A stretch of 7,265 bases of DNA from a virus. Taxonomy: Duplodnaviria > Heunggongvirae > Uroviricota > Caudoviricetes. This document shows, piece by piece, positions 1-6,212 of this stretch (the first letter of the stretch is position 1; each line of letters begins with the position of its first letter). Where the stretch lies: the IMG/VR virus record IMGVR_UViG_2609459803_000004, one strand, 5' to 3'. Both the position numbers and the translations under genes were made by a program. The notes beneath the pieces are model-generated. The model was not told the DNA's origin. It made no database searches and saw nothing but the letters and a program-made list of their open reading frames with translations.

Positions 1-258
1 ATGCAAACCGTTATTTTTGGTCGTTCGGGTTGCCCTTACTGTGTGCGTGCAAAAGATCTGGCTGAGAAATTGAGCAATGAACGCGATGATTTTCAGTATC
101 AGTATGTAGATATTCGTGCGGAAGGGATCACTAAAGAAGATCTACAACAAAAGGCAGGTAAACCCGTAGAAACCGTGCCGCAGATTTTTGTCGATCAGCA
201 ACATATCGGCGGCTATACCGATTTTGCTGCATGGGGGAAAGAAAATCTGGACGCCTGA
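1..258 (+). CDS. grxA: Glutaredoxin 1
   Basis: 85-aa ORF starting at window position 1; the translation has the CPYC active-site motif and reads as near-identical to E. coli GrxA from memory. Followed by a hairpin terminator. Confidence 0.93.
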   Translation: MQTVIFGRSGCPYCVRAKDLAEKLSNERDDFQYQYVDIRAEGITKEDLQQKAGKPVETVPQIFVDQQHIGGYTDFAAWGKENLDA

Positions 259-265
259 TCGTCTG

Positions 266-300
266 ACAAGCCCTCGCGTTGAGGGCTTTACTGATTTTTT
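266..300 (+). terminator. Rho-independent terminator downstream of grxA, shared with the convergent ybjM 3' end
   Basis: Inverted repeat aagccctc (268-275) / gagggctt (281-288) with a 5-nt loop, followed by a T-run at 295-300. The ybjM stop codon (288-290) lies inside the stem. Confidence 0.6.
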
Positions 301-665
301 CTGTGCTGTGGTTTAAACAAACTACTGATAAATAAGAAACACAGTGCCCCCAGCGCACACCAGAACACCGCGCTTAGTAACCATGCCAGCTCTTGCCAGA
401 ATGAGCGCGTCGGTGAAAAAAACAGCCGCATAATGAGCATCGAACAGGGTGCCGCCAGCATTGCGCCAAACAGAGGTTTCAGGACTTCTCTACGCTGTGA
501 AAAGAAGCTGGCGACTGCTCCAGGAAGAATGAAAAATAGCAAGCCGATTTCAGGATGCCCGGCAGCCCGAAAAGCGCCTTTCATGTGCGTCGCCAGAAAA
601 AGGCACACCACAATGAAGAGGACAAAACAGCAGATTGCCCCCGCCCAACGTTGTTTATGTTTCAC
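288..665 (-). CDS. ybjM: Small inner-membrane protein YbjM
   Basis: 125-aa hydrophobic ORF, GTG start at 665 preceded by a perfect AGGAGG Shine-Dalgarno with 5-nt spacing (minus strand). Length and sequence match my recollection of E. coli YbjM; convergent with grxA as in E. coli. Confidence 0.85.
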   Translation of the reverse strand: MKHKQRWAGAICCFVLFIVVCLFLATHMKGAFRAAGHPEIGLLFFILPGAVASFFSQRREVLKPLFGAMLAAPCSMLIMRLFFSPTRSFWQELAWLLSAVFWCALGALCFLFISSLFKPQHRKNQ

Positions 666-934
666 TCGTTCCTCCTGACACTGCGTCTATCGAACACATT
701 TTTCGCCAGTGTGGCGTTCAGTAAGATAAAGCCGCTTCGCATTCCATGCTAATATAGGCCAACGCAATTCATATAGCCGTTGATACCTAATGTGATTACA
801 CTAGTAAAATATATTGTTGCTTTACTATCGTTTAGGTGCGCTGAATGAATCTGCGCCCTGAATTCTGGTAAAAAACATTATCGTAAATTACCATTTCTTT
901 CAACAGCTTACTAGTAAACAAGAAGTTAGCCTCC
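666..934. promoter_or_regulatory. Divergent ybjM/ybjL intergenic region with palindromic ACTAGT-core sites
   Basis: A perfect 10-bp palindrome ttactagtaa at 908-917 and a related site acactagtaaa at 798-808, about 110 bp apart, lie upstream of both divergent genes. Promoters are not precisely mapped. Confidence 0.3.
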
Positions 935-2620
935 GTGAATATAAACGTCGCCGAATTGTTAAATGGGAATTACATTCTGTTATTATTTGTGGTCCTCGCG
1001 CTTGGGCTATGTCTCGGAAAGTTACGACTTGGTTCGATCCAACTGGGTAATTCCATTGGCGTTTTAGTCGTATCGCTGTTATTAGGCCAACAACATTTCA
1101 GCATTAACACCGATGCGCTTAATCTTGGCTTTATGCTGTTTATTTTCTGCGTCGGGGTCGAAGCCGGACCGAACTTTTTTTCCATTTTTTTTCGCGATGG
1201 GAAAAATTACCTAATGTTAGCACTGGTGATGGTTGGCAGTGCGCTGGTGATCGCCTTAGGGTTAGGTAAGCTGTTTGGCTGGGATATTGGCCTGACGGCC
1301 GGTATGTTAGCAGGCTCTATGACGTCGACACCGGTTCTGGTCGGTGCTGGCGATACACTGCGTCATTCCGGCATGGAAAGCAGGCAGCTCTCACTGGCAC
1401 TGGATAATCTGAGCCTCGGGTATGCCTTAACCTATTTAATCGGTCTGGTGAGTTTGATTGTTGGTGCGCGTTACTTGCCGAAATTGCAGCATCAGGACTT
1501 ACAGACCAGCGCCCAGCAAATCGCCCGCGAACGTGGCCTGGACACTGATGCCAACCGTAAGGTTTATTTACCGGTGATCCGCGCCTATCGCGTCGGCCCG
1601 GAACTGGTGGCCTGGACCGACGGCAAAAATCTGCGTGAACTGGGTATTTATCGACAAACCGGCTGCTACATTGAACGTATTCGACGTAACGGGATTCTGG
1701 CAAATCCAGACGGTGATGCCGTGCTACAAATGGGCGATGAAATAGCGTTGGTAGGCTATCCCGACGCCCATGCCCGACTCGATCCCAGCTTCCGTAACGG
1801 TAAAGAAGTTTTCGATCGTGACCTTCTCGACATGCGTATCGTCACTGAAGAAGTGGTCGTTAAAAACCATAACGCTGTAGGTAAACGTCTCGCACAACTG
1901 AAGTTGACCGATCACGGTTGCTTCCTTAACCGCGTCATTCGTAGCCAGATTGAGATGCCGATAGATGACAACGTCGTGCTTAACAAAGGTGACGTTTTAC
2001 AAGTCAGCGGCGATGCCCGCCGCGTAAAAACCATCGCCGATCGCATCGGCTTTATCTCGATTCACAGCCAGGTCACTGACCTGCTGGCATTCTGCGCCTT
2101 CTTTGTTATTGGGCTGATGATCGGGATGATCACCTTCCAGTTCAGCACATTCAGTTTCGGCATGGGGAACGCTGCCGGGTTGTTATTCGCCGGAATTATG
2201 CTGGGCTTTATGCGTGCTAACCACCCGACCTTCGGTTACATTCCGCAGGGTGCATTAAGCATGGTGAAAGAGTTCGGCTTGATGGTGTTTATGGCAGGCG
2301 TTGGTCTGAGCGCCGGTAGCGGTATTAATAACGGCCTGGGCGCGATTGGCGGTCAGATGTTGATTGCCGGATTGATTGTCAGTCTGGTGCCCGTGGTTAT
2401 CTGTTTCTTGTTCGGTGCTTATGTATTGCGAATGAACCGCGCGCTGTTGTTCGGCGCAATGATGGGCGCACGTACCTGCGCGCCGGCAATGGAGATCATC
2501 AGTGATACAGCTCGCAGTAACATCCCGGCGCTGGGCTATGCGGGCACCTATGCAATCGCCAACGTCCTGCTGACGCTGGCAGGGACAATCATCGTCATGG
2601 TATGGCCAGGATTAGGATAA
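935..2620 (+). CDS. ybjL: Putative transporter YbjL (AAE/YidE-type membrane protein with central cytoplasmic RCK_C/TrkA-C-like domains)
   Basis: 561-aa ORF with a GTG start. Hydrophobic N- and C-terminal halves flank a soluble central region; the translation matches my recollection of E. coli YbjL over its full length. Confidence 0.92.
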
Positions 2621-2663
2621 AACTGAAGTTGCCCTGAAAATGAAATTTTTTTGCACAACCGCA

Positions 2664-2690
2664 GAACTTTTCCGCAGGGCATCAGTCTTA
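2664..2690 (+). promoter_or_regulatory. Sigma-E (RpoE)-type promoter of rybB
   Basis: GAACTT at 2664-2669 (-35 element), 16-nt spacer, TCTTA at 2686-2690 (-10 element), with the RybB 5' end (G at 2697) 7 nt downstream. Fits the sigma-E consensus (GGAACTT / TCNAA class) from established knowledge. Confidence 0.55.
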
Positions 2691-2696
2691 ATTAGT

Positions 2697-2775
2697 GCCA
2701 CTGCTTTTCTTTGATGTCCCCATTTTGTGGAGCCCATCAACCCCGCCATTTCGGTTCAAGGTTGATGGGTTTTTT
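2697..2775 (+). ncRNA. rybB: RybB small regulatory RNA (sigma-E-dependent, Hfq-binding repressor of outer-membrane protein mRNAs)
   Basis: Sequence gccactgcttttctttgatgtcccc... matches the RybB sRNA as I recall it, including the conserved 5' seed. It ends in a 10-bp perfect stem (cccatcaacc 2733-2742 / ggttgatggg 2760-2769) plus a T6 run (2770-2775). Position downstream of ybjL on the same strand as in E. coli. Confidence 0.85.
2733..2775 (+). terminator. Intrinsic terminator of rybB
   Basis: 10-bp perfect GC-rich stem with an internally paired loop, followed by tttttt. Confidence 0.8.
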
Positions 2776-2833
2776 GTTGCCTGAAATTTAAGCTGTTTAA
2801 AATCATGATGTTAGAAGCACTGTTTTTTAACGA

Positions 2834-2855
2834 TGGCGACAAAATGGCGGCAGCG
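2834..2855. repeat. Left copy of a 22-bp direct repeat (tggcgacaaaatggcggcagcg); candidate att core at the ogr-side prophage junction
   Basis: Matches 7226-7247 at 21 of 22 positions (a at 2844 versus g at 7236), in the same orientation. Directly abuts the ogr stop codon (2856-2858). Confidence 0.5.
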
Positions 2856-3074
2856 TCAAAGAGAGAGCGCCACCTGTCCTGATTTCATTGGATGCGGCTG
2901 AACCGGATTTGACTCTTTTGGCGTTGCAATCGAACGAACAAAAGTTTCATGGGTAACAAAAGTATGGCTGCAGTTAATGTTCTGGCACTGGTTGTAACGC
3001 TCTTTGGTCAATGAAGATACCTGAAAACTGCTGCGAGTATGGGCGGCACTTCCACACAGTGGGCAAATCATCAT
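2856..3074 (-). CDS. ogr: Ogr/Delta-family zinc-finger late-gene transcriptional activator
   Basis: Translation MICPLCGSAAHTRSS...KERYNQCQNINCSHTF... carries the C-x2-C...C-x4-C zinc-finger pattern of P2 Ogr. Proposed ATG at 3074 has a GGGAGA Shine-Dalgarno 9 nt upstream and gives 72 aa, the size I recall for P2 Ogr. The ORF track's longer version starts at GTG 3107. Confidence 0.85.
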   Translation of the reverse strand: MMICPLCGSAAHTRSSFQVSSLTKERYNQCQNINCSHTFVTHETFVRSIATPKESNPVQPHPMKSGQVALSL

Positions 3075-3164
3075 TTTTCGAGTTCTCCCCATTTTTGCTA
3101 AATTCACAATAATGATACCGCATTATTCCATTTTGCAAACTTAAAAGTTCTCCATTGCGAAGAA

Positions 3165-3635
3165 TCATTCCATTTCGAAATCATCAATCCTCACTTCAAG
3201 CTCCAGACTGGTCGTAAAACCGTTATCCGGGCTGACGGTATGCGTCAGAGTCGTAATGGTCCATTCCGCATCATCTATCGGCTGTTTAAAACCACTGACC
3301 TTCACAGGCATTTCCGTGTAGAGATCTGCCCGCCCTTCTGCCAGTTGTAGCGAGAATGACGCAACGCCACGTTGCAGGCGTTCCCACTGCATTTTCGCCG
3401 CCCGTTCGGCGTTGCTCCGGTTGGCATAGGTGCGATTAAGTACCAGCACGTTTTCATCTGTACCCACCAGGTAATCGCCCTGCTTCGCTTCCGGCTCTTT
3501 CTTCTGCTTCTTAGTCCTGCGCTTACGCTTCACCGTGGTGCTTTCTTTCTTCGCGGGTTCACCAGGCGTAACCTTGCTGCCAGTTCCCGGCACTCTTTTT
3601 TGCTCATACTGTGCAGGTAATCGTGCAACTCCTTG
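3165..3635 (-). pseudogene. 3' fragment of P2-family tail gene D (gpD C-terminal ~150 residues), no intact 5' end
   Basis: Lys/Arg-rich stretch followed by DYLVGT..NVL...YAN...RAAK...QRGVA.F...GFK..ID...W pattern, which matches my recollection of the gpD C-terminus. Sits immediately upstream of ogr on the same strand, as D precedes ogr in P2. The frame is open up to a stop at 3636-3638 and overlaps the end of the gene-A fragment in another frame. Confidence 0.6.
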
Positions 3636-4351
3636 TCATCCATGCGGGTAATATCCGTTCTGGTGTCCCCATCAGCTGATTTATCTTTCTCCTGTTGGTT
3701 CAAATTTTCAGCAAGGGGACAGTTATTGCCACGAGTCCAAGGGGCGCAAGCGCCCTGGTCGGCTACCGCCTCCTGAACGTCAACGGCCTTACGAACCATT
3801 TTCCACTTCACTGCATGAGTGCAGATCTTGCCCTCTGAAATGGGTGACCAGATGCCATAAATACGAATACCGTGATCGCCATAGGCGGTCGGCTCTTCGT
3901 TGATTTCATAAGCGGTTCTGATGAGGTGATATTTACGGGGAACCAGTACGCCGCCCTGCTTCATGATGTAGGAGGCAAAACAACCAGCATCAGCAGCAGC
4001 CAGGATGGCATCAAGGCGCGGGTTATCCAGTACCGGCGCACCTGCTTTTTTGTCCCCCTGTTGCCTTGCCGCCTGACCAGCCAGCAATCGCAGTTCACGG
4101 TAAGCCTGACGCCCCGGAATGCCAAAGAAGCGGAATTGCTGAACACGATGCAGAGACGCCCAGGCATTAACGTATTCAGCGTTATCACGCAGGGATTTAC
4201 CCGTTTCCTTGCTGATCTCACCAGCCAGACCACGCCCGTCAATGTTCTTACTGATGTATTTCGCGATGTAGCTTGTTGGCGTACCTTTGCGCGGGTTTGC
4301 CGGGCTTTGCTTTACCAGCAGCGATGCAAATGATGGTTCTTTCGTCAGCAT
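3530..4351 (-). pseudogene. Truncated gene-A-type rolling-circle replication initiator (retains the Tyr catalytic motif, lacks the N-terminal HUH part)
   Basis: Motif [14 protein letters not shown] matches the double-tyrosine active-site motif of phiX174/P2 gpA-type initiators (YxxKYxxK). No HUH motif lies upstream within the ORF. An ATG at 4351 has a GAGG Shine-Dalgarno overlapping the cII stop codon; the ORF track starts at GTG 4381. The 3' end runs out of frame into the D fragment. Confidence 0.7.
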
Positions 4352-4358
4352 AAGTACC

Positions 4359-4874
4359 TCACAGCAAACCAAATGAAGCACCGAGGCCAGTCACGGTATC
4401 AACTGCACTCGCCATCGCAGGGTTAGCCTGTAAACGGGCCTGCAATGAAACAGCAGCCAACGCCATCAGTCGTGTTACAGAGTTAATGCTGCTGATAGCA
4501 TCACGACGGCCTGCACTGGTTTTTACATCGCCAGATGCCGCACCTGCAGCAACACGCCCGATCTCTGCGGTTGCACTCATGACGTAATGTGGCAGTTTCT
4601 CTTTTGCCACCTCATTAATCGGTACACATGGCAGGCAGTGAATCTGAGCCAGAAAACCATCTACTAGCGTTGAATCTTCAGTCAGATCGGTAAGCAACCA
4701 GATTTCTGGTGCGGTTAATAAATGAGGTTGAGCTGGGTTCAGCTTGTTCCGCAGAATCTGCACATTCATGCCTGCACGTTCTGCCAGTTGCACCAGGTTG
4801 TGGCGCAGTGCGAATGCACGACAGGCTTCATCAAAATGTGGATGTTTGGAAACTTGGTAATCAAACATAGTCAA
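4359..4874 (-). CDS. cII: Phage 186-type CII lysogeny-establishment activator
   Basis: 171-aa ORF; translation ([19 protein letters not shown]...[27 protein letters not shown]...) matches my recollection of 186 CII (about 169 aa) along its length. GAGG Shine-Dalgarno 8 nt upstream of the ATG at 4874. Confidence 0.8.
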   Translation of the reverse strand: MTMFDYQVSKHPHFDEACRAFALRHNLVQLAERAGMNVQILRNKLNPAQPHLLTAPEIWLLTDLTEDSTLVDGFLAQIHCLPCVPINEVAKEKLPHYVMSATAEIGRVAAGAASGDVKTSAGRRDAISSINSVTRLMALAAVSLQARLQANPAMASAVDTVTGLGASFGLL

Positions 4875-4887
4875 TGCCTCTGATGTA

Positions 4888-4929
4888 TTTCAGAATCGAA
4901 CTAATTAAGGTTTAGATTGCATTCTGAAA
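4888..4929. promoter_or_regulatory. 9-bp perfect inverted repeat (tttcagaat / attctgaaa) spanning the apl-cII junction
   Basis: Arms at 4888-4896 and 4921-4929, separated by 24 bp, overlapping the apl 3' end and the cII leader. Candidate protein-binding site or RNA structure; no U-run follows, so it is not an intrinsic terminator. Confidence 0.3.
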
Positions 4930-5122
4930 GCGCATCAACGGTCATGGCTGCTATGTTGATCATCACTTTTTCGCGTTTTTTATCTTTGCGCAAACGGTGA
5001 CGGATAAGGCGTCCATCAGCCAACATGTCATTGATAGTATCGATGGACAGCCCTGTCAGCTCGCTATAGCGTTCAATAGTCACATGAGGCGTGGTAAGAG
5101 TGATTGAAATGTTAGGTCTCAT
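4901..5122 (-). CDS. Apl/Cox-like small DNA-binding regulator (excisionase / lytic-side repressor analogue)
   Basis: 73-aa basic ORF with a helix-turn-helix-like segment (ERYSELTGLSIDTINDMLADGRL). It is the first gene of the operon transcribed away from cI, immediately upstream of cII, as apl is in phage 186. Confidence 0.5.
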   Translation of the reverse strand: MRPNISITLTTPHVTIERYSELTGLSIDTINDMLADGRLIRHRLRKDKKREKVMINIAAMTVDALSECNLNLN

Positions 5123-5247
5123 GATGCAACATTCCTCGTTTAATGATGATTAATCAGGACGAATACGAATCGTTTGTATTTTGTGAACACCATAAACATA
5201 CGATCGCACAGTGAAATCGTCAAGACAAAAGTTCACTTGGAGTGACC
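5123..5247. promoter_or_regulatory. Immunity switch region between the apl-like gene and cI (promoters and operators)
   Basis: AT-rich 125-bp region containing the perfect palindrome tgattaatca (5147-5156), the inverted pair gtgaac (5183-5188) / gttcac (5231-5236), and additional gtgaa/gtgac motifs at 5211 and 5242. Confidence 0.5.
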
Positions 5248-5817
5248 ATGAATTTGGAGAAAGGCGGACGAGGCGCTATAGAGCGCATGGTAGAAGCTTA
5301 TGGATTCAAGACTCGACAGGCGTTGTGCGATCATTTAGGAATCTCTAAAAGTACACTCGCCACACGCTACATGCGTGACTCATTCCCAGCAGAATGGGTA
5401 ATCCAGTGCGCCCTTGAAACAGGCACTTCGCTTAATTGGCTCACAACCGGGCATGGTTCAAAGCAAACTTCAGGTAATACAAATACTATGGAAGTTGCTA
5501 AATATGTATTATCTGATGGGGCTTTGTGTGAAGACGGTTTTTATATTTTCGATAGAGAATTTCTACCGTCGGCATTCAAGAATCTTTTTGTAATCACAGA
5601 TAATAATTCTGAATTTATTTGTGATAAGGAATTTGATGATATACGTGATGGTAAATGGGTAATAAGTATTGATGGCGAAATAACGATCCGTGACATTACT
5701 CGTTTACCCGGTGGAAGAATCTTCGTCGAGGGTGGAAACAGAGCCTTCGAATGTAAGATAGAAGACATTGAAATAATTGGTAAAATTATAAGTTTAACAG
5801 TCAAGTATGTTAAATAG
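5248..5817 (+). CDS. cI: Phage 186-type CI immunity repressor (N-terminal HTH, C-terminal oligomerisation-type domain)
   Basis: N-terminus ...AYGFKTRQALCDHLGISKSTLATRYMRDSFPAEWVIQCALETGTSLNWLTTGHG matches the 186 CI-family HTH domain as I recall it. Size (189-191 aa) is close to 186 CI. GGAG Shine-Dalgarno 6 nt upstream of the ATG at 5248; the ORF track begins at GTG 5242. Confidence 0.8.
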   Translation: MNLEKGGRGAIERMVEAYGFKTRQALCDHLGISKSTLATRYMRDSFPAEWVIQCALETGTSLNWLTTGHGSKQTSGNTNTMEVAKYVLSDGALCEDGFYIFDREFLPSAFKNLFVITDNNSEFICDKEFDDIRDGKWVISIDGEITIRDITRLPGGRIFVEGGNRAFECKIEDIEIIGKIISLTVKYVK

Positions 5818-5832
5818 TACCGGGAGGAAACT

Positions 5833-6024
5833 ATGCTTGGTAAGGTATTTTTTGTGGTTTTATCATGTTCTTTGTTATTAAACCCACTAACTACCTATGC
5901 TAGAAATTATCCCTGCTCAGGGAAAAAGGGAGGTGTTTCTCACTGTACCTCAGATGGCAAATTCGTTTGCAATGATGGAACTATTAGTAAATCCAAAAAA
6001 ATCTGTACTAAAAACTCACGATAA
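5833..6024 (+). CDS. Small secreted cationic Cys-rich protein of unknown function
   Basis: 63-aa ORF with a strong GGGAGGA Shine-Dalgarno 4 nt upstream. Predicted signal peptide ([23 protein letters not shown], AxA-like cleavage after TYA), then a ~40-aa Lys-rich mature peptide with 4 Cys. AT-rich, and placed between cI and int. Confidence 0.55.
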   Translation: MLGKVFFVVLSCSLLLNPLTTYARNYPCSGKKGGVSHCTSDGKFVCNDGTISKSKKICTKNSR

Positions 6025-6212
6025 CTTTTGCTTTTATATCTGCGTCTAAAATAAAAATGAGCCGCAGGTTAACCGCAAAAGTTACATGCTCACATAGCAA
6101 AAAGAATAGCCAACTTCATTATGGCTTCAGTGAGATGTATGGTCGTAGGATTTCATACATTGACACTGGTTATACATACAGTAAAAATGCTCTCTACTGG
6201 AGGGCATTTTTT

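Noticed and set aside
131-752. ORF-track entries 131..358 (-), 433..678 (+) and 555..752 (+) overlapping grxA and ybjM
   Set aside because: They lie antisense to, or out of frame within, well-supported genes (grxA, ybjM), have no convincing ribosome-binding sites, and their translations are low-complexity or basic, typical of spurious overlapping frames.
970-1915. Minus-strand ORFs 970..1185, 1317..1703 and 1724..1915 inside ybjL
   Set aside because: Entirely embedded antisense in the conserved ybjL coding sequence; Arg/Pro-rich translations are typical of antisense frames in GC-rich coding DNA.
2733-2775. Hairpin plus T-run initially read as the ybjL terminator
   Set aside because: It lies 113 nt past the ybjL stop and forms the 3' end of the recognisable RybB sRNA, so it is better explained as the rybB terminator, though it may also stop ybjL read-through.
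2776-2882. Short ORF (ATG 2808 to TGA 2880-2882, about 24 aa) spanning the left repeat copy
   Set aside because: Too short and without a ribosome-binding site to call as a gene. Its 3' portion may be the displaced ancestral Int C-terminal coding sequence, which is noted under the att finding rather than as a feature.
2974-3168. 64-aa minus-strand ORF overlapping the 5' end of ogr
   Set aside because: Overlaps ogr in another frame and spans the ogr promoter region; no family resemblance, so likely spurious.
3372-4333. ORFs 3372..3620 (+), 3872..4333 (+) and 3961..4242 (-) within the gene-A and D fragments
   Set aside because: Antisense or alternative-frame ORFs inside regions whose other frame carries clear gpA/gpD-type sequence; no ribosome-binding site support.
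5541-5804. 87-aa minus-strand ORF antisense to cI
   Set aside because: Embedded antisense in the AT-rich cI C-terminal domain coding region; low-complexity Ser/Ile-rich translation.
5248-5817. Possibility that the cI product is a LexA/lambda-CI-type self-cleaving S24 repressor
   Set aside because: No recognisable Ala-Gly cleavage site or GDSM Ser-nucleophile motif in the C-terminal domain, and the N-terminal domain matches the 186-CI type. Some S24-like fold resemblance at the extreme C-terminus cannot be excluded without structure prediction.
6057-6212. N-terminal 52-residue extension of int in the 402-aa ORF-track version
   Set aside because: P2-type integrases begin at the MAVRKL-like N-terminus, which here has a GGAGGG Shine-Dalgarno 8 nt upstream (ATG 6213). 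The upstream extension has no equivalent in the family and no ribosome-binding site.
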